Shown: piece by piece, positions 29,327-38,786 of the stretch
Layout of the letters: every line of letters begins with the position of its first letter
Numbering within the stretch: the first letter of the stretch is position 1
NCBI GenBank assembly: GCA_963816355.1
Contig: CAWFKH010000006.1
Coordinates: 288,001-352,000, forward strand
Origin: an uncultured Gemmatimonadales bacterium
Lineage (GTDB): Bacteria > Gemmatimonadota > Gemmatimonadetes > Longimicrobiales > RSA9
Length of the DNA stretch: 64,000 nucleotides
Direction: 5' to 3'
Notes under the pieces: generated by a model
What the model saw: the letters and a program-made list of their open reading frames with translations, nothing else
Databases searched by the model: none
What the model was told of the DNA's origin: nothing
Translations under genes and position numbers: made by a program

Positions 29327-31027
29327 CCCCCGCCAAGAACGAGCACATTGCCCTCGGCGCTTGGGCCTACGCGATCAAGGCGCGCCCCCGCCTGACGCTC
29401 AAGGAGTCCGTCGGCAAGAACGGCACGATCGTGATCGCCCACTGGTACGACCCCCACGCGCGGGGAGGCAAGACGAGCGCGGAGTGCAGCTCGCGCAGGT
29501 CGACGGTACGACCCCCACGCGCGGGGAGGCAAGGGGGCGCCGAAGACGAAGTCGACCGGTATCTCCATCCGCTATCCGGACGGCTCACGGGATGGGCAGG
29601 TCAATCCCTCGCTCGAGCAGGAGGTCATCAAGCTCGCGCAGCAGTGGCATGCTGATCTCCTGGCCGGCAACGAGCCCGGTGCGACAAAGGTCGAACATCG
29701 GAAGAAGAGCGAGGAAGAGGAGCGGGCGGGACGGACGATCCGCGAAGGCTTCGGCCTGTACACTGGCCCAGCTGGACGCTACCCACCGGGCAGTTCGGCC
29801 CGCAGTGACCTCGTCCGCGCCGGCGACGACTGTGTGGCTGCACTGGGCGAGGCATCGACGTGGGCGGGAGTTGTCTCCATGTCCGCCGCTGAGACCATCT
29901 GGCGTTACGTGCAGAAGCGCTTCGCGGCCGAGAACGCACACGAACGTCCCGGCGTTGCGGAGCCCAAACGGCAGAGCAAGGTCCGCCGCATCACGGCACC
30001 CCGGTCCAGGGAGAGCGACGGCTCGGTTTGGGCTCGGCGCTGCGTGCAGCACTTCTTCTCCTGCGCCAACTGGCTGGAGACGCGCGGGAAGATCCCGTCG
30101 GGCGTATGCCAGCGCCCAGACAACTGGCAGGCCGAGTTCCGCGTGGACTGGAGCCGCCTCACCGGCCGCGATCTCGACGCTGCCGAAGAACTGGAAGGGC
30201 TGCGCCACACGCCGGACGAGGCGAAGCGGATCCTCGTCAGGCTGAGCGACCCGCAGGTCGATCCCCGTATTCGTCTCCACATTATGTGCGGCGGCGACAG
30301 CCTACGTGCGGGACAGGTCACGCGCTCCATGCGCAGTGATCTGGACTTGAGCCCTGTGGGTGAATTCGGCCTGGGTAGACTGCGCGTCCGCGGCAGGGGC
30401 AAGAAAAAGGGGAGCGTCATCGACATCGACCCGGCGCTGCGGGCGCAGATCGAGTATGAACTCGACGCCGGCTACCTGCGGGACTGTGAGGCCGCGTATC
30501 AGAGTAGCGGCACCGATAAGATCAGCGACTATGCGCTGTTCGCGCAGGGGCGCTTCGTAGGCGGCGCAATCCCCGTCCGCCCGAACCGCAAGTACCTCAA
30601 ACCTGCATCGGATCGCGGAATGCTGGAATGGTTCCACGAGCTCGAGGCGCTCGCCGGCATCGAGCACCAGGACGGACGCGCATGGTACGGACTCCGTCGC
30701 CTGTGGGCCGATCTGGGTGAGCAGACTCTGCAGACAAAGAGAGCGAAGGAGGTGCTCTCAAGTCACGCCCGTGGCAGCCGCATGTCCGAGCAGGTCTACC
30801 AGAGCAAGGAAGACGAACGCGCGATCCGTGAGGCCAGTCGCGGCCGCACTGCGATTCGCGAGGCGCTGACGTCGGGAAGGATCAGCGACGCTACAGCGCT
30901 TCGCGGCGCAGTCGCACAGAGCCTGGCAGTCGCCAAGCCGGAACTGCTCCGTCGCGTGCTGGAGGTGCTGGGTGTGCCTGATCCGACCCGGCCGAACGAC
31001 GAGGAGGAGGCAAGTGCGCAGGACTGA
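29323..31027 (+). pseudogene. Tyrosine integrase frameshifted by a 61-bp repeat-spacer insertion
   Basis: SLRAGQ, GKKK, YGLRR and SSH...QVY motifs; next to tRNA. Removing 61 bp gives one continuous 547-aa ORF. Confidence 0.85.
29444..29533 (-). CRISPR. Single repeat-spacer-repeat unit with type I-E geometry (candidate ectopic neo-CRISPR)
   Basis: Identical 29-mers GGTACGACCCCCACGCGCGGGGAGGCAAG at 29444-29472 and 29505-29533, a 32-nt unique spacer, 61-bp period and internal CCCC/GGGG hairpin. No cas genes in the window. Confidence 0.55.
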
Positions 31028-31039
31028 CCTTAGTGAAAA

Positions 31040-31082
31040 ACTTAGGGACGGCCAGCTTAGTCATCAGCGGCCGTCCCTAAGT
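31040..31082. repeat. Perfect 14-bp inverted repeat between integrase and tRNA
   Basis: ACTTAGGGACGGCC, 15 nt, GGCCGTCCCTAAGT. Confidence 0.8.
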
Positions 31083-31120
31083 CACGATTCGGACTTCTTC
31101 TCTTGCAACAATTCCGACAG

Positions 31121-31194
31121 TCGGGACGGCGGGATTTGAACCCGCGACCCCCTGAACCCCATTCAGGTGCGCTACCGGGCTGCGCTACGTCCCG
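31121..31194 (-). tRNA. tRNA-Pro(GGG)
   Basis: CGGGACGTAGCGCAGCCCGGTAGCGCA-CCTGA-ATGGGGT-TCAGG...GGTTCAAATCC...GTCCCGA; CCA not encoded. Confidence 0.95.
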
Positions 31195-31221
31195 AGGCGG
31201 TGAAGATAACCGCCGCCTCCG

Positions 31222-31929
31222 CTATGTCCAAGCCCGAACGCAGGCCTCCGCGAAGCCGAAGATGGCGCGCCCGGTGAGGCGGATCACGGGCGCTTCTTCA
31301 GCCGACGCCGCGGCGGCGGGCGGACGTGCGCCGCCGGCGCCGCTCGCGGCGTCGCGCGCCGTTTCTCGCGCGGCGTCGCGCGCCGTTTCTCGCGCGGCGT
31401 CGCCCTTCAACGTGAAGAAGCCGAGGAAGGTGCCGCCATCGCTCTCGACGCGAACGCCCGCCGGCAGCACGATCCTGACGAAGCCGAAGAGGGCGCGGGC
31501 GTCGATCTCCGTGACGCCCGGCGCGAGCGCGGCGCGGGTGAGGTCGAGCTCGACGTAGCCGAGCCGGGCACGCAGCTCCAGCCGCCTCGGCACCGGCCCG
31601 TCCGGGCGGCGCTGCCGTCGGGAAAGGAAGGCCGTGACGCGCTGGGGCCCGGCGCGGGCCCCGACCGCGGAAGGGCCCATCGTGGCGAGCGCGTCCGCGG
31701 CGATCGGCACGGGCGGAGGGAGGTCGTCGAGGACCGCCCCCAGCTCCGCCATCGTGCGGGCGGCGTACGCCACGTCGAGCCGCTCCTCCAGCTCCACGTC
31801 GGTCAGCCGGTCCTCGGCGTAGAGGCGGGTGAGCGCGTCGACCGCGCGCTGGCGGTCGTCCGGTGCCGGAGCCGAGGCGACGTCATCCCCCTCGCGTGCC
31901 TCGCCCGGCGGATCGGTGTCGTCGGTCAC
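31222..31929 (-). CDS. DUF1707 (SHOCT-like) domain protein
   Basis: DRQRAVDALTRLYAEDRLTDVELEERL...ELGAVLDDL plus a LiaF-like C-terminal VELDL segment. Confidence 0.8.
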   Translation of the reverse strand: MTDDTDPPGEAREGDDVASAPAPDDRQRAVDALTRLYAEDRLTDVELEERLDVAYAARTMAELGAVLDDLPPPVPIAADALATMGPSAVGARAGPQRVTAFLSRRQRRPDGPVPRRLELRARLGYVELDLTRAALAPGVTEIDARALFGFVRIVLPAGVRVESDGGTFLGFFTLKGDAARETARDAARETARDAASGAGGARPPAAAASAEEAPVIRLTGRAIFGFAEACVRAWT

Positions 31930-32092
31930 GCCCGAATCCTACCGGCCTTCCCGCCCGCGCGCCAACCACGCCGCATGAGTGGCCCGCGGACCATGCCAGG
32001 CCTCCTCTGGCAATCCACGCTTGCTCTGCCCCACGCCCCCGCCCCATTCTTCCCCACCGTCTCCCCGGACCACCGGAGCCCCGATCCGCCTC

Positions 32093-33007
32093 ATGCGCCT
32101 CATCGCGCTCGTCGGCCTCACCGCCGCCGTCCTCCTCGGCGCCTGCAAGATCGCGCCGAACCCGCCGCGCCGGCGGCCGGGCGGCGTGCTCGGCTTCGGC
32201 GCGGACGCACGGCTCGCGCTCGAACGCTACCGCATGGTGGACCTCACGCACGCGTTCGACGCGCGCACGGTCTACTGGCCGGTCGCCGACACGTCGGCCG
32301 GCGGGCGCGGCGGGCGGCCGGGCCGTGCCGGCGCGGGCCGGGGCGGCGCGGCATCTCCGCCGCGCCGTTTCCGCCTCGACACGCTCGCGCGAGGCGAGAC
32401 GCCGGGCGGCTGGTTCTACGCGGCCGAGGCGTTCGCGGCGCCGGAGCACGGCGGCACGCATCTGGACGCGCCGTACCACTTCGACCGGCGCGGCGACGGC
32501 GCGGCGGCGGTGCCGCTCGAGCGTTTGATCGCTCCGGCGGTCGTGATCGACATCGCGCGACAGGCGGCGTCGGACCCGGACTACGCGGCGAGCGCGGCGG
32601 ACGTGGAGGCGTGGGAGAAGGCGCACGGCGAGGTGCGTCCGGGCGACGTCGTCCTGCTGCGCACCGGCTGGTCCACGCGCTGGCCGGACGCGCGCTACTA
32701 CCTGGGCGGCGATTCGGCGTCGGACCTGCACTTCCCGAGCTTCGGCGCGGACGCCATCGCTCTGCTGGTGCGCCGCGGCGTCGCGGCGGTGGGCGTCGAC
32801 GTCGCGTCGACCGACATCGGCGCCTCGAAGGACTTCCAGGTGCACCGCATCCTCGCGGAGGCCGGCGTCCCCGCGCTCGAGAACCTGACCAACCTCGCCG
32901 CGCTGCCCGCGAGCGGATTCCTGATCGTCGCGCTGCCGATGAAGATCGCCGGCGGCAGCGGCGCCCCGGTGCGCGCCGTCGCGCTCGTTCCGGACCGTGG
33001 GACGTGA
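32093..33007 (+). CDS. Cyclase family (kynurenine formamidase-like) protein, probable lipoprotein
   Basis: EHGGTHLDAPYH, LLRTGW, GVDVAS and LENL; LLGAC lipobox. Confidence 0.9.
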   Translation: MRLIALVGLTAAVLLGACKIAPNPPRRRPGGVLGFGADARLALERYRMVDLTHAFDARTVYWPVADTSAGGRGGRPGRAGAGRGGAASPPRRFRLDTLARGETPGGWFYAAEAFAAPEHGGTHLDAPYHFDRRGDGAAAVPLERLIAPAVVIDIARQAASDPDYAASAADVEAWEKAHGEVRPGDVVLLRTGWSTRWPDARYYLGGDSASDLHFPSFGADAIALLVRRGVAAVGVDVASTDIGASKDFQVHRILAEAGVPALENLTNLAALPASGFLIVALPMKIAGGSGAPVRAVALVPDRGT

Positions 33008-33072
33008 GCGTGCGGGTCGCTCGCGGGCGCGCCGGCAACCGTACGCCGCCGATCGCCGGGTGGCGGTGGAGC

Positions 33073-33132
33073 CGCGCGGAATGACGCGCGCGGGAGCGCG
33101 GTCGCGCGGAATGACGCGCGCGGGAGCGCGGT
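33073..33132 (+). repeat. 30-bp tandem duplication upstream of ridA
   Basis: CGCGCGGAATGACGCGCGCGGGAGCGCGGT twice. Confidence 0.8.
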
Positions 33133-33136
33133 CGGA

Positions 33137-33526
33137 ATGACGTCGCGCGCGCGCGTGGAGACGCCGGCACGCTGGGCGGATACGGTGGGTTACTCGCGCG
33201 CCGTGCGCGCGGGCGCGACGATCCACGTCTCCGGCACCGCCGCCGTGAGCGAGGACGGCCTCGCGGTGGTCGCGCCGGGCGACGCGTACGGGCAGGCGAA
33301 GCGGATCCTGGAGATCGTCGCCGGCGCGTTGCGCGAGCTGGGCGCGGGCCCCGAGCACGTCGTGCGCACGCGCGTCTATCTGGCCGACGCCGCTGAGTGG
33401 CCGGACGTCGGACGCGCCCACGCGGAGGTGTTCGGCGAGGTCCGTCCTGCGACGACGTTCGTCCAGGTCGCCGGCTTCGTCGATCCCGCGATGCGCGTCG
33501 AGATCGAGGCGGAAGCGATTCTCTGA
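33137..33526 (+). CDS. RidA/YjgF family protein
   Basis: GYSRAVRAG, VSGT, RPATT and VEIEAEA. Confidence 0.9.
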   Translation: MTSRARVETPARWADTVGYSRAVRAGATIHVSGTAAVSEDGLAVVAPGDAYGQAKRILEIVAGALRELGAGPEHVVRTRVYLADAAEWPDVGRAHAEVFGEVRPATTFVQVAGFVDPAMRVEIEAEAIL

Positions 33527-33692
33527 GCGGGTCGGCGCCGCGCATTGACCGCTCGGCGGGCCGGCCGTATCCTCTCAGGTCGAGGCGCTTCGGGCGCCGT
33601 GCCGCGGGCCACGTGAACCCAGCGCGGGCACCGCGGGTGGCGCCGCAGGATCGGGTGGAGCGCCCGTTTCCTTATCCATCTCAGGACGGGGA

Positions 33693-34070
33693 ATGTCGCA
33701 GCGCAGCAGGAGGAGATCGATCGCGTTCCGCACGGGAGACCGCGTACGGCGGCACTCGGGGGCGCTCCTGCTCGTCTCCTGCATCCTGCTGAATCCCGCC
33801 TTCGTGTGTCCGCTCCACTGTCTGCTCCTGCGCGGCCGGGCGATGCCGTCCCCTTCGGATCGTGTCGCCGTGATGCGGCCGGACTGCCACCGCTCAGGCG
33901 TGTGGACCGCGGAACAGACCCAGGTGCAGCAGACGCTCGCGCCGGCCGAGGTCGCCGCGGTCGTTCACGTGCCGCCGTCGCCTGCGTCGTCCCGTGCCGT
34001 CGCCGCGCCCGACGCGCCGGCGACTTCTGCGACGTCGGAAGCACCGCACCCTCCTCCTCCGCGCGCCTGA
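33693..34070 (+). CDS. DUF2946-like small protein or putative leader peptide
   Basis: Hydrophobic N-terminus, CPLHC, DCH and C-terminal PHPPPPRA; upstream of an outer membrane protein. Confidence 0.5.
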   Translation: MSQRSRRRSIAFRTGDRVRRHSGALLLVSCILLNPAFVCPLHCLLLRGRAMPSPSDRVAVMRPDCHRSGVWTAEQTQVQQTLAPAEVAAVVHVPPSPASSRAVAAPDAPATSATSEAPHPPPPRA

Positions 34071-34259
34071 TCCTTCGGGGCGCCCGGCCCCGGGCGTCCT
34101 CTTCCATGAACGAGCTCCGGCGACCCGGCCGGGCGCCCGGTCCCCGCCGCGCGGCGAGACCAGGGCTCCCGCCGTGGCGCGTCGGCGGGGAAGTCTTCTA
34201 CGCCGCGCCGCCGAACGGGCGGTGCGCGGGGAAGGGAGGGACTCTTGATTTCAGGGTTG

Positions 34260-35447
34260 ATGTCATTCAGGGGGAGATCGGCTCCGGCGGTGGCGATCGG
34301 CACGCTCCTCGGCCTGCTTGCACTGACGCCGGTGAGCACGCGGGCGCAGCAGAGGGACACCACGCGCAGCCGGGTGGAGACGCTCGATCTCTCGCAGTCG
34401 GGAGCCGGCGAGGGGCTCACGGACCTGACCGCGGAGAGCGCGAATCCACTTCAGGTCACCGGCTTCGGTGTGGGCGACTACACCTACCGCGGCCGTACGA
34501 GCGAGAACACGTTCGCGGCCGGCAAGCTGGCGGTGGCGCTGTTCCGCGAACTGAGCGACTCGTTCTGGTTCTTCGGACAGCTCACGACGGCGCTCTCCGA
34601 GGAGGGTGGCGACGCAGGGGAGGGGGCGGTGCCCACCGAGATCGAGATCGACAACCTGCTCGTCGCCTTCACGCCGCCGGGCGCGACGAACGTGAACATC
34701 AGCTTCGGCAAATTCGACACGCCGATCGGCTTCGAGCGCGACGACGAGCCGCTCAACCTCGCGCCGACGGAGAGCTTCAACTTCGAGCTGGCGCGGCCGG
34801 CGAAGATGGTGGGCCTGATCGGGCGGTGGAGCGTGTCGCCGGCGTTCGACGTCGCCGGCTGGGTCGCGAACGGCTGGGACAGCCAGATCGATCCGAATCA
34901 CGGCAAGACGGTGGGTCTGCGGCTGGGCGCGATCCCGACCGAGCACACCAGCTTCGGCGTGGCGGGATTGTTCGGGCCGGAAGGCGAGGCCGGCGCGACG
35001 CTCGACCGCTATCTCCTCACGTTCGACTACGCGCTCGAGCCGACGTCGGATGTGATCGTCGCCGGCGAGGCGAATTACGGCGGCGACCGCGGCGCGCTGG
35101 AAGGCGGATCGGACGCCGTCTGGTACGGCGGTCTGCTGACGTTGTTCGGCCGGCTCTCCCCACACGTGGGCATCACGGCGAGAGGCGAGGCGCTCCGGGA
35201 CCGGGACGGCGCGCGGACGGGCGAGGTACAGACGCTCCGGTCGCTGACGCTGGCGCCGGTCTACCTCGTGGGGACGGGCCGGGAAGGGATCTTCGCGAAC
35301 GTCGAGCACACGACCTTCCGCATCCCCAGGATCCAGATCCGCGCGGGAATCCGCTACGACCACTCGAGCGTCGACTTCTTCGAAGGTCCGGACGGCCCCG
35401 CACGCGGGGCGATCCGCTACCTGGCCGAGGCGGTGGTGACGTTCTGA
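34260..35447 (+). CDS. Outer-membrane beta-barrel porin (OmpL/BBP2-like)
   Basis: Signal peptide, GKFDTPIGFE, ANGWD and C-terminal VVTF. Confidence 0.8.
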   Translation: MSFRGRSAPAVAIGTLLGLLALTPVSTRAQQRDTTRSRVETLDLSQSGAGEGLTDLTAESANPLQVTGFGVGDYTYRGRTSENTFAAGKLAVALFRELSDSFWFFGQLTTALSEEGGDAGEGAVPTEIEIDNLLVAFTPPGATNVNISFGKFDTPIGFERDDEPLNLAPTESFNFELARPAKMVGLIGRWSVSPAFDVAGWVANGWDSQIDPNHGKTVGLRLGAIPTEHTSFGVAGLFGPEGEAGATLDRYLLTFDYALEPTSDVIVAGEANYGGDRGALEGGSDAVWYGGLLTLFGRLSPHVGITARGEALRDRDGARTGEVQTLRSLTLAPVYLVGTGREGIFANVEHTTFRIPRIQIRAGIRYDHSSVDFFEGPDGPARGAIRYLAEAVVTF

Positions 35448-35479
35448 GCCCCCGTGGGGGCGAGGCGAGGAGATGTGCA

Positions 35480-36061
35480 ATGAATGAGACGAGGCTGTAC
35501 AGCCTGCGGCGGTCGAACCGCTCGGTGAAGCTGGCCGCGGTGCTGTTCCTGCTGGTGCTGGGCTATTCCTACGTCTTCGCGTTCCTGATGGTGAAGCGAT
35601 TCGCGGGGCTGACGCCGGAGGATGTTTCGGCGACGTACGTGCCGGCGGACGTCGAGGCTTCCGCGCTGCCAATGCACTCGAGCAGCGAGACGCAGGCGCT
35701 CGACCTGTCGACGCTCCAGCAGGAGCACCACCGCGTCGACACCACGCTGCTCATCCAGGACAGTCACATCCACATCATGATCTACGCGATCGTGGCCGCA
35801 CTCGAGACGCTGATCGTTCTCGGCCTGGAGTGGCCTGCCCTGTGGCGTGACCTGGTGATCGTGTGCGCGTTCGGATCCGGCGCGCTCGACTTCGCCGGGC
35901 AGTGGCTCATGAAGGCGGGGATCGGCGGCTTCGCATGGCTCACCATCGCGTCCGGCTGGCTCATGACCGCCGTCTACGTCGTGGTCCTCGCCGGAACATT
36001 GAGAGCGGTTCTGACCAGGAGAGATTCCAGGGTCCCGGAACAGGAGATGTCGACACCATGA
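35480..36061 (+). CDS. Integral membrane protein with an SHxH motif
   Basis: About four hydrophobic segments; LIQDSHIH; RBS GAGGAG. Confidence 0.7.
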   Translation: MNETRLYSLRRSNRSVKLAAVLFLLVLGYSYVFAFLMVKRFAGLTPEDVSATYVPADVEASALPMHSSSETQALDLSTLQQEHHRVDTTLLIQDSHIHIMIYAIVAALETLIVLGLEWPALWRDLVIVCAFGSGALDFAGQWLMKAGIGGFAWLTIASGWLMTAVYVVVLAGTLRAVLTRRDSRVPEQEMSTP

Positions 36062-36753
36062 GCATCGAGAACATGACGAACCACGGCACGGCGGCCGGCG
36101 CGATCGTCGCCGCCCGTCCCGCCCGAGGGCGCCGCTCCGCGCGCCTCCGCCGCGCGGGCGCCCTCACGGCGCTCCTCGCGATCCCGTTGATGGCCGCCGC
36201 CCCGAACCACATCACGCCCACCGTGGTGCTGCGCAAGCAGGCCGACGTCATCCGCGCCACGCTTCCCGGCGCGAGCCATTTCTTCGTCAAGACGGTCCAG
36301 ATCGGCCGCGGCGACCTCGCCCGGATCGAGAGGGAGGGAGGCTTCAAGCCGGAGGAGCCGAAGGTCCGGTTCTATTACGGACAGGATGGCTCCGGCGCGA
36401 TGCAGGGGGTGGTCCTCTTCCCACAGGTGAACACGCAGCACGGACCGTTCGAGGTCGGCCTGACCGTCGCTCCCGATGGCACCGTCCTGAGCGCACGGGT
36501 GACGAAGGCGACCGTCGAGACGAAGCCCTGGGTGGAGAAGGCGATCGCGACCGGCTTCCTGGCCGACTTCCATGGGCTCGCGCCGGGCCAGCCGACCGAC
36601 CGCGCGGTGCGCAGGCTGCAGGCGGGCGACATCGGCCGGATGCCGACGTTCGCCGGTGAAGAGATCGCCGCGGCGGTGCAACACGGCCTCGCGCTCTACA
36701 ATGTCCTCTATGGCGTTCCGAGCGACGGCGCCGGGGGAGACGGGTCGCGCTGA
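36058..36753 (+). CDS. Exported FMN-bind/RnfG-like fold protein
   Basis: VNTQHGPFEVGLTVAPDGTV...FLADFHG pattern; ATGA coupling. Confidence 0.55.
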   Translation: MSIENMTNHGTAAGAIVAARPARGRRSARLRRAGALTALLAIPLMAAAPNHITPTVVLRKQADVIRATLPGASHFFVKTVQIGRGDLARIEREGGFKPEEPKVRFYYGQDGSGAMQGVVLFPQVNTQHGPFEVGLTVAPDGTVLSARVTKATVETKPWVEKAIATGFLADFHGLAPGQPTDRAVRRLQAGDIGRMPTFAGEEIAAAVQHGLALYNVLYGVPSDGAGGDGSR

Positions 36754-36919
36754 CCGATAGGCTCCCGCGACCGCACGCATGCACGCCGGACCGGCGGCGC
36801 CGACGCGCAGTCGCGGCGGTCCTCCGCGCCCAGCCGCCGTTCCGCCGTCCACTTGTGCCGGCCGTCCACAAGTCCGACTATACCCCCCCCGTCACGGGCA
36901 AACCCGCACAGGGAACGGT

Positions 36920-37524
36920 ATGCGCTTCCGTACGATTCCGCTCGCCTCGCGGCGGTCCTCCTCTGCTTCGGCGGCGCACGGGCGCAGGTCGCCTGGGAAG
37001 CGCCGCTGCTCCTGCCGCCGGCCCCACCCGCGGGCGCCGGTCTCTACCTGATCGACGCGACGTACGGCAAGCTCGGCGTGCTCGGCACGTATCGGCCGGG
37101 CGGCTCCGAGGTGGGCTTCCGCCTCGGTGTCGTGAACGATCGTAACAACGACGTCAGCGTCTTCGGCGGCATCGACCTGGCGCGCCTCGCGGCGAGCGCG
37201 GGCACCTTCCCGCTGGACATCGGCTGGGCCGTGGGCGTCGGCGCGGGCGTGGGCCGCGACGGCGTGATCGTCGGCGTGCCCGCGCAGCTCTCGCTCGGCC
37301 ATCGCTTCTCCGAGCCGGAGGTCGCGTTCACGCCGTACGTCGCGCCGCGCGTGACGCTCGATCTCGCGATGAGCGGCTCGGACTCGCCGGACCCGGGCGC
37401 GGGCACGCACCTGGGCGTGAGCGTCGATCTCGGCGTCGACATCGATTTCCGCTCCGGCTGGCTGCTGCGCTTCGCCGGCAGCGCGGGCGACCACGGCGCG
37501 GTCGCCATCGGCGTCTCGTTCTAG
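36920..37524 (+). CDS. Hypothetical outer-membrane beta-barrel protein (apparent frameshift in the signal peptide)
   Basis: Amphipathic beta pattern; C-terminal GVSF. Confidence 0.6.
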
Positions 37525-37606
37525 GCCGCCGCGTGACGAACAGGGGCGACGTCGCCCGATCCGGCGCCGTCGTCGGTAGCGATTCCTCGAGCTGTGGGCG
37601 GAAGCG

Positions 37607-38743
37607 ATGATCGTAGCGGTCCCGAAGGAGGTCGCGGGCGGCGAGCGGCGCGTGGCGCTGGTGCCGGACGGCGTGTCGCGTCTCGCGGCGCGCGCGCTCG
37701 AGGTGCGCGTGGAGGCGGGCGCGGGCACGGCGGCGGGATACCCGGATGCCGTCTACGTGGAGGCGGGCGCGGAGATCGTCGCGGACGGGCGCGATCTGCT
37801 CGCCGGCGCCGACCTCGTGCTGGCCGTGCAGGCGCCGCCGGCGGCGCGGATCGCCGCGTTGCGCGCCTCGAGCGCCCTCATAGGGCTGCTGCAGCCGCTC
37901 ACCTCGCCGGAGCTGCTGCGTTCGCTCGCCGCCGCGGACGTCACCGCCTTCGCGATGGAGCTGGTGCCGCGCATCACGCGCGCGCAGCGGATGGACGCGC
38001 TGTCGTCGCAGAGCACCGCCGCCGGCTATCGCGCGGTGCTCGTCGCGGCCACGGAGCTGCCGAAGTTCTTCCCCATGCTGATGACCGCCGCGGGCACGAT
38101 CCCGCCGGCGCGCGTGCTGGTGCTGGGCGCGGGCGTGGCGGGGCTGCAGGCGATCGCGACGGCGCGCCGGCTGGGCGCCGTGGTGGAGGGCTTCGACATC
38201 CGGCCGGCGGTGAAGGAGCAGGTCGAGAGCCTCGGCGCCACGTTCGTCGGGATCGTCATGGAGGAGGCGGAGACCGCGGGCGGCTACGCGAAGGAGGTCG
38301 GCGAGGACGTGCACCGTCGCGAGCAGGAGCTGCTGCTCAAGCACGTGAGCAATGCGGACGTGGTGATCACCACGGCGCAGGTGCCGGGCCGGCGCGCGCC
38401 GGTGCTCGTGACGCGCGACATGGTCGAGGCGATGCGGCCCGGCTCGGTGATCGTCGACCTCGCGGCGGAGAGCGGCGGCAACTGCGAGCTGACGGACGGC
38501 GGCCGCGCGGTCGAGCACGGCGGCGTGCGCATCGTCGGCCTGCTCAACGCGCCGGGCGACCTGCCGTACCACGCCAGCCAGATGTACTCGCGCAACGTGA
38601 TCGAGCTGGTGGGCCACCTCGTCGACGAGGAAGGTACGCTGCACGTCGACGTCGAGGACGAGATCACCGCCGGCTGCCTGGTCACGTACGGCGGCGAGGT
38701 GGTGAACGAGCGGGTGCGCGCGACGGTGGAAGCGGGCGGCTGA
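37607..38743 (+). CDS. pntAA: NAD(P) transhydrogenase subunit alpha, domain I
   Basis: VPKE...ERRVALVP, RITRAQRMDALSSQ and GAGVAG. Confidence 0.95.
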   Translation: MIVAVPKEVAGGERRVALVPDGVSRLAARALEVRVEAGAGTAAGYPDAVYVEAGAEIVADGRDLLAGADLVLAVQAPPAARIAALRASSALIGLLQPLTSPELLRSLAAADVTAFAMELVPRITRAQRMDALSSQSTAAGYRAVLVAATELPKFFPMLMTAAGTIPPARVLVLGAGVAGLQAIATARRLGAVVEGFDIRPAVKEQVESLGATFVGIVMEEAETAGGYAKEVGEDVHRREQELLLKHVSNADVVITTAQVPGRRAPVLVTRDMVEAMRPGSVIVDLAAESGGNCELTDGGRAVEHGGVRIVGLLNAPGDLPYHASQMYSRNVIELVGHLVDEEGTLHVDVEDEITAGCLVTYGGEVVNERVRATVEAGG

Positions 38744-38786
38744 AGTGGAAGCGGGCGGCTGAAGAGGAATCATTCAAGGAGGACGC

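Larger units (their letters stand above)
1..31120. mobile_element. Integrative genomic island at the 3' end of tRNA-Pro (left end outside the window)
   Basis: Integrase and Xis next to the tRNA 3' end; compositional shift; defence, partition and IS cargo. Confidence 0.85.

Noticed and set aside
33073..33140. Tandem ATG-containing repeat as a regulatory uORF of ridA
   Set aside because: Simple local 30-bp duplication like others nearby (31347-31402, 46678-46722); no further support.
33806..36061. 751-aa ORF as a single protein
   Set aside because: The first ~558 codons are an off-frame shadow of the porin region; the real gene starts at 35480 with an RBS.
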